From Diadema antillarum (Eukaryota), in the NCBI RefSeq assembly GCF_040938485.1, contig NW_027271575.1, forward strand, positions 186,001 through 250,000: a stretch of DNA of 64,000 bases. Direction: 5' to 3'. How positions within the stretch are numbered: position 1 is the stretch's first letter; the number at the start of each line of letters is the position of its first letter. Below, piece after piece: positions 1-36,896 of this stretch. The notes beneath the pieces are model-generated. The model saw only the letters and a list, made by a program, of their open reading frames with translations. It made no database searches and was not told where the DNA came from. The position numbers and the translations under genes are program-made.

Positions 1-379
1 CATGAAATTTATTATTTTTGTCAGGATTCACAGTCGTGCAACTTAGAAATTCAACTGTTTAGAGAACTAGTGTTTGATGTTTGCACTCTATCCACTTTGC
101 GTGACAAGTGACAACGGTGAGCTAAAGAGCTGATGTTGTTTAAGATTAGACGTTGTGAAGTTAATCACAACGTCTTCTATTTTTCTGTTGGTGGAGTACT
201 ACACGTGCTTTTATGCATTTGGCGTTACTGGTAGTCAATAGTGTAAGATAGTGTGGTGCATTCAAAACTCTACACTAACCCCTTCTTGTGTAGTATGAAA
301 TTTGTAAGCATGCATTAAATCTTATTGTCGACGTTCAACAATGTTTGCTATTGATTTCATTTCTCCCGTTGTCGATCAG

Positions 380-1405
380 GGAGGTCGTGACGAGAGCGGC
401 GAGGAAATCGATGAGGAGAAAGCCGCCGCCGACGCCCAGGAGCTCTTCGACGTAAGTGTGTGCGTTGTCTTTATCGGACACGCCCTCTAGTCATAACGAT
501 CGCCCCGTCAACTGTACAGGCATGCTAATCTGGAGACATTAAACAGCACATTACTTGAATATGAGACCATTCTGAAGCAAACAATTTTCACACAACAATA
601 GATATGTACTCTTAAATGAATCCCACAAGGATTGGAACAATCATCCCCCAGCTTTCCTATTGATTCCCACTGATCAGTTACTGGCCATTCCCTTTAAGTA
701 GAGAGAGGGTCAGCCGTGAGGGCTGAGTATTCGATGTTACATCCAGTTTAGCTCTTTGTGCGTTTTGAAAGCCGATTGGAATACAGGAAACCCCTTAGCT
801 TTGTGCACACTGTCGAAAGTCCCCGCTAGAGAAAAGATTAATAAATTGCATGACCAGAATCATTCCAAAAGACACCTTAAGCTTTTCTTTTTTTTCACTG
901 TACAGGAATGGTTCAGAGGGACGACGTAGCAATGTATAGATATCCACACTGGACAAAGTTAATTTATTAAATTAATTTATTCCCTAGTGTATTCTCATCG
1001 TTTGAGAAAACGGAATGGCCTGCAATGAATTGTGTAATAAGGCTAGGCTTTTCCCCTTAAAACCTACAATAATACCGTGTATAAAATGGCAATCTCATTG
1101 GTATTACGATCTCACTCAGAGCTTCTTCCTCTGTGGATATACATATATCATCTTTGAAAATGACAACTGACAGAGATCACCATGTATGTACACACTAAAA
1201 GCATTTCAAAATGTCGTCACTCTACCCTACATCGCTCACCATGCCTCACATCTACCTCTCTCCACACAGGCCGGTGAGGATAGATGGGGTACAGATGAGA
1301 ACGTCTTCACTCGTATCCTAGCAACGAGAAGCTTCCCACAGCTTCGCGCTACATTCCTTGCCTACAACGCAGTGAGTATACATTCGGCCATGTCGTAAAT
1401 AGATA

Positions 1406-1458
<53 letters not shown>

Positions 1459-4400
1459 CTTTTCATCTGTACAGTTCTCTTACTTTTCACTAATATTTCT
1501 CTATTAAAGTGACCTTTTTCTCTGTGTGCCTTTTCATTTCAAAGAAGGCTTTACTTGCCACTTGCGCAGCATTCAATATTAGTTAATGCTGACGATCAGT
1601 TGAATGCAAAGCGCAGTGATGAATTTAATGATAAACAAATAGACAAAAAGATACATACAATTGTGTATTATTCATACTTCATGTGATTTTTTTATTCATT
1701 GTTACATGTATTATCATTTCAATCAAATAGTTATTCTCTTGGCAAAGCAAAATTGTAATTGTCATCGGTACATGACGAGTATGATGATAGGTAGAATAGT
1801 ATACTGATGATAACGATAATGATAAAAGTGATTATTAAAAATCATGCTTCTAATTCAAGTGATAATACTACTAATAATGATACTACTTCTACTCTTACAG
1901 TAATAATGTTGATGATGACGTCATTATTTTTGTATATCATTACTATCTTTATATTTTTTATCATGTATAATCATGACAATGAATAAACCGAAGAAGAAAA
2001 AGAATTAGTATCATCATTGATATTATTATCATTATCATGATTATCACGTACAATTTTTCCCTAAACCTGCCTCAGGTCGCTGGCTGTGACATCGAGGATT
2101 CGATCCGTGATGAGTGCATGGGTGATCTTCAGGACGGCTACCTGGCTATCGGTGAGAAAGAGATTTTGATCATTTCCTTTCGTTTCGTTTTATTTAATTT
2201 CCAACACATATTATTACAACTTCTGAATAATTTCCTAAATCTAAAGGTAAAGGTATTCAAACTGAAAGTTTCTTTTACATTGCATGTACCATATCAAGAG
2301 AATTCCTTAATTTCGGACCAGAAAAAGAGAATACAGATTTATCAAAAATAGTTCTGGTTAAAGGCAAATTAAATTCATTGGATTACCCGGTAGGATGTGA
2401 ATGGACAATTTTATTTTTTATGAATATTGAGCCAAGTACAGAAGGGAGAGAATTACTATTAAACTTGCGCATTGCGATCATTTACGCACATTTGATTTCT
2501 ATATTCTGTATGATTACTATACAGAGAGCAATTATAAATCAAAGCTTAAAAACTTCGTCACAATACATGAGCTATGTATACTTGTCATGATACTCATGAA
2601 AGGCTTATAATAATATGAAAGAAAAACAAAGCAAAATAGAATACAATCATCAAATCCTTTTGCTCTCCTGACTAGAGCATAGTTGGTCATGTCAATCAAT
2701 AAATATTTACCTTGGTTGCAATCCTTCGACCCGTAATATGCCACCCTGTATTCAACCTGATATCCAACCTTAAAGATAATATAAAGTTTTGGTACCTCAA
2801 AAGTTTCCCTGAGTTTCCTTGTCTTGGTTTGTGTTTCAGGTTAAAGTACCTTTCATATAACTAACACTGTGAGAATTACTCGCCCCAAAGTGCTCTCATG
2901 TCTTAGTAATCATGCAATAATGGTTTCGTACCAGAGCAGAGCGGGCTCTGAAAAATTCGAACGAGCCGTTAGTTTGACTCAACGCGGTACCGCGACAATA
3001 CACGTATTGTACGAAACCATTATTGCATGATTACTAAGACATAAGAGCATTTTGGGGCGAGTAAGTCTCACAGCGTTAGTTATATGAAAGGTAATTTAAC
3101 CTGAAACACACACTAAGATTAGGAAACTCGGGGAAACTTTTGAGGTACCAAAACTTTATATTATCTTTAATGTATAATTATCAAGATACTTCCTGAAAGG
3201 TGCTTCCCGAACAGACTTTGCTTGGCTTTGCTAATAATATATGCCTTTGTCATTTCGTTTTTCTTTCTTTTCTTAGCAAATAGCGAAAGTTTTGAACTAT
3301 TATTCGCTTGTTTGAATTTGCTTATTGTCCATTTATTGCTATGTATGTTTTCTCCACCAGTGAGCCGCTCCCGAGAGGTCGGCCAGTACTTCGCCGAGAT
3401 CCTCCACGACTCAATGAGAGGAGTCGGCACTGACGAGGAAAAACTCATCAGGGTGATCATCTCACGCTCGGAGGTGTGTAGTTTGTATGACATCCCTTGG
3501 TATAGAGGCGGTTGTCATGGGGACAAGTGCTAATGGTGATGTTTATTTTTCTCCCGAGAATCATATCTTGTCCCTGTAAACACGCTTGTTGCCATGATGG
3601 AAGCTGTTATGATCATGTGGCCTTTAATGGTCACCAAAACTCATCCGCACTTTGTTATTCCCATTATCATAATCACCATCTCCATTAACGTCTCGTTTAA
3701 TTTGATCATCATCATCGTTTGTAAGTTGTTATCGTCATGCTCAAGATTATCATTAACTGCTGTTTCCCTGAGTTAGGATGATCGTCAGTCTCAAAGATTG
3801 CATTCTTGTTTAGATTCTTCAACTTATTAGGTGATCCGAGAATCCTCTCGGATCACCTTCTGTATCTGTACTGATTCTTTGTTCTTCTTCTTCTTCTTCT
3901 TCTTCTTCTTTCTTTATTTCTGGACAAAAGTTGTGTATCTACGTACTCAAAAAGTACTCAGAGTATCAACTTCAAACTCATACCATATATGTATCATGTC
4001 CCAAAGACGACAAATCTAATGTATCATTGTGATTGGTCGATCGTGACGTCACTATGACGTCATTATATGAAAACACATTCTCACTCCTATCTCATTAATG
4101 GAATAGAATTTTTCAATGAAATTTACGTCACATATAGTTCAAGTCAAGCGCATTCTACTCATATAATCAAAATTCATATTTTCTCTTAAAACGTGCGCGT
4201 ACGCGCGCGTTGAAATATTTGTATGCTCAAATCGAGCTCAAATTTTTTTTGCACACGTTTCAGACCATTTGGAGCATTTTTTGAAAAATTGAAAAAATTG
4301 GACGGACGCGTACGCGCGCGCGCATATACGCACGTACAGCTCATATGCAATAGAAATTTCCACTTTCTTTACACAGATCGGATGCCTGAAATGTCAAGGA

Positions 4401-6986
4401 ATATTTCTACCAAGTTTCAAGTCAATCCCACTCAAAATGACGTCATACGGGTCCGTCAAAGTTGAAATTCCGCGCGCGCGTCAATGGCGATATACAGTGC
4501 AACTATGCCAAAAGACTGCCAATTTTAAATCCGATTTTACTCGTCAGGATGGACGGTGACCCCCCATTTTCTTTACATATTCTGAAAGCTGATGAGTTGT
4601 ACATGTCATTTCATGGGTTGGCAATGCTGGAAAAATGATTAAAATATATCAAATTTCTTAATAAAGTTAAAAAAGTAAATTTTCAAAATGACGTCATCAA
4701 ATTTCAAGTTCATTCAAGCATATCTCACTTATTCTTTAGTTGATTTTCGTCCAAATTTCAATATGTTGTAGCTTATTAAATGGTCTTTCAGATATATAAT
4801 AACAACAATTTGATTAGATGACGGCATCACCTCGTAAAAAGGGATTTAAAGTAACATTGTTAAATTTGACCAGTTTACGTGTTATCTCTATGGGAGTGCA
4901 GTTTTTCTGGAAATGAAAACTGACATGACTATCTTTATCGAGCACTAGCTCACTTATGCTTCGGTGAATTTCTCCCATATTTTAGTATGTTGTAGCTGAG
5001 ACTTTGGGCTATCGTAAGTGTGCCCTTCGTTTTTTCATACGGAGTCGGCATCATGCCCAAAAACTTGGTTGAAATTAAAGCTTATCTTCCATGTATTTTC
5101 ATATTCCTTTCTTTCTGCAACTTTCTTTGCAATAACTCAAGAAAAACAAGCTCTATCAGCCCAATATTTTGCACATGTTTAGTTTATGTCACGTACATTA
5201 TTTCATAAAATAACAACTACTTGATCGGGCACCTTCTTGGGTATGTAAATTAGGGTCAAAGGTCAAAAATGTTTCATCCTGTATCTTGGTGAATACATGT
5301 CTTATCTTTCCCATATTTTGCATACGTAAAGACCATGTTACAAGAATCATTTCACAAAATAACCACTTTTTGCTCAGACGCCATCTTGTCTGTGCAAAGT
5401 AGGGTCAAAGGTCATATGTACTTCTTTCTTTATCTTCATTATGACGTGTTATCTCTATGGGAGGGAATTTTTCTAGATGTGAAAATTGACATGATTGTCT
5501 TTATCGACGACTAGCTCAATTACCCTTCGGTGAATTTCTTCCAGATTTTAGTATGTTGTAGCCAATGTAATACTCTTTAAGTTTTGTGAATCAAAGTTTT
5601 AATCGGATGATGTCTTCACCACTTGAAAATGGATATAATGTAACCTTGTCAAATTTAACCAGTTTACGTGTTATCTCTATGGGAGGGTATTTTTCTGGAA
5701 ATGAAAATTGACATGACGGTCTTTATCGAGCACTACCTCACTTACTCTTCTGTAAATTTCTCCCAGATTTTAATATGTTGTAGCTGAGACTTTGGGCTAT
5801 CATCAGTGATTCTCCATTTTTTCATACGACGCCGAGATCACGTCAAAAAAACTTGGTTGACATCAAACTTATCTTCGATGTATTGAGATATTTCTTTCTC
5901 TCTGCAACTTTCTTTGCAATAACTCAAGAAAAACAGCCCCTATCATCATCATATTTTGCACATGTTTAGTTCATGTCACGTACATTATTTCATAAAATAA
6001 CAACTACTTGATCAGACACCATCTTGGGTATGTAAATTAGGGTCAAAGGTCATAAATGTTTTAACCTGTATCTTGGTGAATACATGTCCTATCTTTCCCA
6101 TATTTTGCACACGCAAAGGCCATGTTACAAGAATCATTTCACAAAATAACCACTTTTTGCTCAGATGCCATCTTGGCTGTGCAAAGTTGGGTCAATGGTC
6201 AAATATACTTCATTCTGTATCTTCGTTATAGTGTATACCGAATTTGGTAACAAAGATAGCAGACCTGACTCTCTTTTCTAAATGAGAATCCAAATATCAC
6301 ACGTCCAATGTCTCTAAACACAGATGAAACCTATATGGTCATGCCTATTGCGATCAGGACTCGAATAATTGATTAAAAAAAAATCGGATCACCTAATTTG
6401 TCAGTCTTGACAAATTCCAAGTCTAGTTGATATCTGTTATCATTATCATTACACTGGTTCTCGGTATAGACACTGTGATTAAATTTAACAAGTTTTAAAC
6501 AGAAAAAAATCGATCTGCTGTAAATGGTCAATAGAGGAAAAATGGATTCTGTCTCAGAAAAAAAAGGAAGAATCAGGGCCCCATTTCGTAAAAAGTTGAT
6601 ATGACAGCAACTCTTGCTGGAATGGCAATTGTCATGGTAACGACAAGAATCCAGCATCCTGATTCTCTGCTGCTATATATGGGAAGTTGCCATATCATCA
6701 AGAGTTGCTATCCTAACATCTTTTACGAAATGGGGCCCAATCAGTCATTCTCATCCCAAGTGAGGGTAAGATTCCAGTTGTTGCCATGACTACACTCTTG
6801 ATGGTTCCTTGTCACTGGCTCCTTGTCTTCTCATTTGCTTATCTCCAGATCGACCTGAAGAGGATTAAGATCGCGTTTTTCGCCAAGTACGGGGAGACGC
6901 TCCACTCTTTCGTCGACGGCGACTGCAGTGGCGACTTCAAAAAGATGCTGCTCGCCATCCTCCACGGGGAGAATGACGAGGAATAA
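380..6986 (+). CDS. Annexin, 3' part (linker, repeat 3, repeat 4); 5' exons lie outside the window
   Basis: Exons 380-451, 1270-1371, 2076-2151, 3361-3473 and 6849-6986 have AG/GT boundaries and consistent phases. They translate to GGRDESGEEIDEEKAAADAQELFD-AGEDRWGTDENVFTRILATRSFPQLRATFLAYNA-VAGCDIEDSIRDECMGDLQDGYLAI-VSRSREVGQYFAEILHDSMRGVGTDEEKLIRVIISRSE-IDLKRIKIAFFAKYGETLHSFVDGDCSGDFKKMLLAILHGENDEE*. The GxGTDE, RS and SGD annexin signatures are present. Subfamily not assignable by eye. Confidence 0.95.
1411..1456. repeat. (AT)n microsatellite
   Basis: Pure AT dinucleotide run in an annexin intron. Confidence 0.95.
2770..3170. mobile_element. Fold-back non-autonomous DNA element, TTAA-flanked with AG...CT termini (Kolobok-like)
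   Basis: Arms of about 160 bp (2770-2931 and 3009-3170) are imperfect reverse complements with a 77-bp spacer. TTAA lies at both ends (2770-2773, 3167-3170). The superfamily call rests only on TTAA plus RR...YY termini. Confidence 0.7.
3824..6428 (+). mobile_element. Helentron-associated interspersed element (HINE / DINE-1-like), non-autonomous
   Basis: 5' TT, then subTIR ATTAGGTGATCCGA (3826-3839) folding with an adjacent inverted copy (13-bp stem, 3829-3858). A (TTC)n microsatellite follows, then internal direct repeats of about 789-bp period (about 4817-5440 vs 5606-6230). At the 3' end: subTIR TCGGATCACCTAAT (6384-6397), palindrome AATTTGTCA-gtct-TGACAAATT (6395-6416) and terminal CTAG-TT (6423-6428). 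Confidence 0.72.
6576..6738. mobile_element. MITE with 18-bp TIR (Harbinger-like termini); second copy at 53717
   Basis: GGGCCCCATTTCGTAAAA ... TTTTACGAAATGGGGCCC; the internal sequence closely matches 53717-53875. Confidence 0.8.
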
Positions 6987-8460
6987 ATTGGATGCGCACA
7001 CGTCCGACGCGCTGCGCGTCCCAACCGCGCAACGTCACGCATGCGCATGAACCGAAATTCAGTCTTTTGATTATGATTGAATAAGTTACGTGTAATGTCG
7101 GAAAATAAGGTTAACGGTGCGTGTCCGTATGAAACATCACTAGTACAGGGTTGAATTTCATGATAGAGTAATCTTGCGACTTATCATCACCTAGAGTTTA
7201 GTCAGTCATAAAGGCCTTAAATGCACCGGTGTCTCGTAGTCAAAGAATTATGGTCTGTAGAATATCGGAACGTGTTCATCTTAAAGTCGGTATTTTGCGT
7301 ATATGCCTTTCATCGCCGCTTGTTGAGAACTAGAAAATGAAATTCAAACGAGGTTTTCCTACCGCAATAATCAAAGTGACAATATTACATGTAACATCTG
7401 CAAAGAGTATAAGTTGTACAACTGAAAAAATGTAAACGTATGTATACAACAAGGTATCATCCTTTTCTATGAATTCGTCCATGATGGTATTGCAGATTGG
7501 GGGGGGGGGGGGGGGGGAGATAAACAGCTTTTTTCTTAAATGCTTACCAATGGTAAAGACCATCAAACGGAGCGGGTAACTCGGTATTAAGCGGTAAACC
7601 CGATACTCTGACGCATCCTAATCATTTAATAATACACTGTTGCCAAGCTTGTACACTTTCTTTAATACAGGCTGTTTGCATATTATGCGGTATACATAAC
7701 GTTTTTTTATGCTATGTGCTTGTTTTTGTCACATATATACAAGAAGTACCAAAGGCGATATTTTGAACGTGGTAGCTAGAGTGTTTGACGTTGTAATTGC
7801 AATGTTTAAATTAATCTGAAACGATATTAAATGATGATATTTTAGCATAACAAAACATTGCGATGGGTGACTGACATTGAAGGTGGCATTAACCAAGATA
7901 AACTGTGTCGTTTATAGGCAAATAACGAGTTTAGTAATTGATCAGGAAGGACTAAGACTGAAACATTTCCACAGAATATTTGATATATATGAACAGAACA
8001 ATTCCTAATTACTTGAAATTGCTTGACTTTGACGTTACCTTCCCAAAACTTGCCATTATCAAGAAGTCGGGATCAACAACCCTGGGGTAAAGCCAACAAC
8101 CAGAACAATAATAAATTCGCCTTTCAGTTCATATATTTCTCAATAGTCGTATGAAATAGATGTATGCCATGAAGTGTTATGTTCTGTGTTATGTTTTGTT
8201 GGAAAAATAAGAATGAAATAAAAAGAATCGAAGCACTTGAATAAGACATGAAAGCCGAATAAATGAATGTCGTTTATCATAAATCGAAGCGCCCCCTTGT
8301 GTCGAGGATGCATGTTCACGTCCACAGTTACAATCATTTAGTTGTAGATCTTGAAATGAGGCTGCCGAGAAAAAAAAAAGCAACATGATAATACAGATTT
8401 AGAGAGATGGAAATATCAACACAGATATATTGCAAGACAGATTGGTAGATATCCAGATAG

Positions 8461-8714
8461 ATATGAAGGGTTTGTTTGCAAAAACCGATAAGTCCATATT
8501 TGCCAAATGGAGATATTTGCGATTAAAGGTCAAGAAAAATAAAGAGAATGATAAGAAAATTTTTGCTTTTTTTGACCATAACTTCAAAAGTGTGCCTTTA
8601 TAATAGTGACCAATATATCATTTAAAAGGTAATATTTTGTACTTTATGACAGAGACCGTACTTCAAAATCTTCAAAAATGGACTTATCGGTTTTTGCAAA
8701 CAAACTGTTCATAT
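8461..8714. mobile_element. MITE with 37-bp TIR
   Basis: ATATGAAGGGTTTGTTTGCAAAAACCGATAAGTCCAT (8461-8497) and its reverse complement at 8678-8714 with 2 mismatches; it sits in a GATA-rich degenerate microsatellite. Confidence 0.75.
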
Positions 8715-9423
8715 GTAGATGGATAGAAAGAAAATAAGAAAGAAAGAAAAAAAAATAATGGGGTGGCTGCAATAGAGTTCATGCTGAAAGCGTGGGATTG
8801 CTATATGGATGGTATCTGTCTGTGTATGTATGCACGTGCATAACTTAGGGAATAGCATTATTTTGTTGTTTTATCCGATACAGCTTATATAAAGAGAAAG
8901 AGAGAGAGAGAGAAAAAAACCCCTAAACACTGACAATGATCAAACCTGATATTGGTTTTTTACATGAAAGTGATGACGGTACAAACTTATTTGACATTCC
9001 ATCTGATCTTGTTGCCACAATCTTTCTATTTCATTTAACCAATTCATGGAAAACAAAAACAAAAACAAGACAACACAAAAACAAATACACAACATTGAAT
9101 AAACTGGAATTTTCGTCAAGGTTGTGATTGCAGTCCCTATAAGATAAGTACTAACTCAAGTTGAATAAATCTTTATGACTTGTGTCAAAGCAAGTTAAAG
9201 TATTGCGCCAGTATCACCGATCATTAAACTTTATTCATAAGAACATGAACAGTCTTTCACCGTACGAGTACCATGTATAAGCTTAAAGTAACAGTTACAA
9301 AGCAAGCAAAGTAATTTCGATAACTCCTGTACATACTGAATGCCGTTATAAAAATAATCATGAAGTTAGGTGAATGAGGAAACTGAGAACTAATAGCAGT
9401 AGTAAGGTAATGCGAAGGGGAAG

Positions 9424-9469
<46 letters not shown>

Positions 9470-9527
9470 GAGACACGTGAACGCGGACAAAAGGACATAA
9501 ATTATAATCTTACATTTATACAATAAT

Positions 9528-9885
9528 GGGTTATATTCATTATTCCAAATGTTCGTTAATCCGAGAATAAAACATAGTTCGTAAATCCGAAACACAAGAA
9601 TTCGTTAATGGGCTCTACCTAGATGTTCCTTAATAAAAAAAAAAAAAAATGAAAATGGGTTCGTTAATCCGAACATTTGTGGCTTTATTCCGAAGGTTTG
9701 TAATTTCGAAGGTTCGTAATTCTGAAAAGGATTTAATGTTCATTATTCCAAGGGTTCGTTATTCCAAAGGTTCCGAAAATGAAAAAGAAGATGCGTACTA
9801 ATAAACCTTCGGACTTACAAAACTTATCTCGTTTCTGACTAACGAACCTTCGGAAAATATACTTTCGGAATAACGAACTGTAACC
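9528..9885. mobile_element. Degenerate TIR element with many subterminal GTTCGTTAxTCCGAA-type repeats
   Basis: The ends GGTTATATTCATTATTCCAAA and TTCGGAATAACGAACTGTAACC are imperfect inverted copies. The motif recurs forward in the left half and reversed in the right half. Confidence 0.55.
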
Positions 9886-10787
9886 ATAATATTCATTGAT
9901 TACAAATTGAATAAGAGAGAAAACCCAGAGATTCATACATCGTCTGCAAGTGTATGATATACAGGGAGAATAGAGTGGTGTTAATTACTGAAAGAATCAA
10001 TACAATATTATTCAGTCGTTATATATTATCGTTGGTGGTTATTACGCCAGCCGAAGTTTGTCTTTATTTGGTCTTCCAAAAATAAAAGAAATTGATAGAA
10101 AGGAAATCTTGAACTGAATGATTTAAACCTCACACTATGCAATGATTTTCATTTTGCATCAACTCCTTCCTCTACTGACATAAAACATCGTATGAAAAAG
10201 ATGAACATGGTCTGGTCAGGATCGACAAATAAGAACCGACGTGGTCTCCAGACTGCAGCTATACACCAAGATGTTACTAAATCCCTCTTCACCATCAATC
10301 AATAACTTCACAAGACGATCGATAAATTTGCATATAACCGAACTGGAAACGCAAAAGAAGACGGCGGTCCGAATCTATAACAGACTCTTGTGACGTCGAT
10401 AAGCGAAGATCGATTAAGAGGATGGTACATAACATCGGAGCGAAAGGGGGTGAGTCTTTTGAGAGAAAAGGAAGAGTTTTACAGACGACGCACAAGCAGA
10501 GTAAGCAGGTACAGCTCCACGACATCCCCAGAGTTGGCTGATGTTTCGTGTAAGACTCGCCATGCTCGATTAGAAATACCCCCTTCTACTGGAAAGGGTT
10601 TTTGTCGTTGGCTAGTACCAAATTCTTCCGCTAAGATCCAAAGGAGAGGGGAGCCCTTGTTGGACATCACCAACACTAGGAAACGTAAAGCTTTCAGGAA
10701 TATTTCACGACACGAAAGCCGAATATCGCGGTGTGATGTAAATGGAATATCAGTGATAGTGTGTGGATTGCTACTGAGGATGACAAG

Positions 10788-34340
<23,553 letters not shown>

Positions 34341-35859
34341 ACCAAGAACAAATCGCGATCAGTGTACCGTAGTGCTGATGAAACCAACATAAAACGTGAC
34401 TACCAACTTACACAACCTTGGAGTACCTTAGCTTCTTTAGATACGAAATGAAATATAGGAAAAGAAAATTAGCATAACCTTTCAAAACTCCATTACTGAA
34501 TGGAATGGTTGGAAAATACAAACAGCCTTTAGAGGATCTTGTACAATTATTCATGGACCCATAAGGGGAAGTCAATTAAAGCATTTGTACTTTTTAAGGT
34601 TAGCAAGTATCTTTATTTTTCCTTTGCTTCGCGCTACACCAGTTTTGTAATTAATAATGTGCTACACGTGTGAAATGACGTCACAGGACGAAAACTAGAA
34701 ACAGAAACAGTCAGATTTCGTCGTCAGGATGTGGTAGTCTGCAGTTTGATCAATTTGGTGTAGAATACAATCTATTCAAAGTGTAGTCAGCATAACATAC
34801 ATGCAGGCTAATAATCACAACCTGCAGGTTCTCCATCACCTTTAAAGTCTAAACATTGCATCAAAAACTGCTGACCTCGACAAATATAGCATAAAAAGTA
34901 ATCATGTGTACTGTTTTTCATTACCTCAGTCCGGTTTCTTAATTCGATTCTACCAGCAATAACATGCCCCTTCTGTTGACACTGTTGAACTGGTTCTTTA
35001 AAAGCATCGTTAGCGATCGCGAGTTGATCTTTATCCCCCAATTATCTGTAGTTTGAGGCCTAAAACAAACACATTAAGTGGGCGTCGTGTCAGGCGAGCT
35101 GTCTTAAAATGTATTCAGCTGGGAACAAAATGACAGTTGTGGTTGTTTAAGAGTGATATTATACGATGAATCTATAAAAAAAAAAAGAGTAATACGAAAG
35201 ATTCTAATTTGCCAAGTGTGATGTTAATATATTTATGGCTGTACAGTGTGCTTAGCAACACGAAGTGTAAATGAAATCGAGATCTTTTATGAGAATCCGT
35301 TTAACGACAGTGAGGTAAGCCGCTGGATAATGTACTATGTAAATATAACTGTGCCAAGAGTTGAACAATAAGAATGCTGTAAAAAGTCTATCAAAGTAGG
35401 TTATGTAAGGCGTACTTTAATCGGATCAGAGCTGACAAATTTACGATATAGCCAAGATTTAATGGCAATCCCGAATTATACATTCGCCAATGTTTTCTTG
35501 TAATGCCTTTATATCATGCCCATGTAAAATCTAACAATACCATCTATCATAACACGCCATGTAAATATAATATATTATATCAATACGCTCATAATGTGCT
35601 GTAGCATATCTAGATCCAGAAAACATTGTTTACTCAAAATTGAAAAGATATTATGTACAACATGGAAATTACGGTAGCTTGATTGATTCTAGAATTTGAC
35701 GACCAGAATTTGTTTTGTGACTTTTACTTTCATGTTATTCATAAATTATTTTACATGTATTAATGTTTACAAGCCTGTGTAATATTGATATTTGAGCATT
35801 TTTCCTTTCCTCCCAGTCTACATAAATGATTTATATGAATATGTAACAAATGCAGACAG

Positions 35860-35865
35860 AATAAA
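35860..35865 (+). promoter_or_regulatory. Candidate polyadenylation signal of the receptor gene
   Basis: First canonical AATAAA that I found downstream of the stop at 34340. A variant ATTAAA occurs near 34575. Confidence 0.5.
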
Positions 35866-35879
35866 ACTGATCAGAAAGA

Positions 35880-35971
35880 ATATAATTCATTAGTGGAAAA
35901 ATGAGCAAAGAAAAGGGGATTCCACCGGGAATCCCCTTTTCTTTGCTCATTTTTCCACTTATGAATTATAT
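35880..35971. repeat. Near-perfect inverted repeat: 44-bp stem, 4-nt loop
   Basis: 35880-35923 pairs with 35928-35971 with a single T-T mismatch (35891/35960); the loop is ACCG. Confidence 0.97.
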
Positions 35972-36781
35972 GAACATGATTACATTTCTCAGTTTAGCAA
36001 CTATACGTCTTTGGTGATTGTCAATGAACATAATCTACCATGTCAATTGCCCAACAAGTGGAAAATAAGCAATTGGTATTTAGACATTATTATTGTTTGA
36101 GTAATGATAATGCTGATAATGGTATCAGAGTAATGATAGTAGAATATTACTATCAATCGTCTGTACCTCTCTACTAAGAATTAGAATCGTCATTCCCTAT
36201 GATAAATTCAATTACTCCCTTTTCAAAACCGCTCATGCATTTATACTAATGCAGCTTATAAAATTCCGAAAAGTTTCGAAAAGTATTGCAAAAAATGTCT
36301 GAACGTGACTGCGTTTGATGACGGAATCGAACGTTTGTTGTTCTTACTGAAAAACTTTGTGCAGAATTGCATGGATCTATTTTGTTTTTCTTATATTAAA
36401 GTTACTTAAAGACCATTCTAAACAACTGAATTTGTCCAGTTATGTTTTTATTTACAAAATAGTCCAGATTGATGAACAGAAAAACACTGCCTTACGTTGC
36501 CATTATGTTTCTGATTTGACANNNNNNNNNNNNNNNNNNNNNNNNNNNNNNNNNNNNNNNNNNNNNNNNNNNNNNNNNNNNNNNNNNNNNNNNNNNNNNN
36601 NNNNNNNNNNNNNNNNNNNNNNNNNNNNNNNNNNNNNNNNNNNNNNNNNNNNNNNNNNNNNNNNNTAGTGTGTGATATTAACCTTGCACAACGAGCGAAA
36701 ATGGGAGAGGTTAACCGTCATATTGTTTTCATTTATTCACAAAAGCCGGATGAAATTTCCTTGGCAAAGTTGTTGATGAGG

Positions 36782-36834
<53 letters not shown>

Positions 36835-36896
36835 TGTCCTTCACTGAGGTATGATAATGCACGTATCCACAAAAGAGATTGGTTCCACATTGAGGA

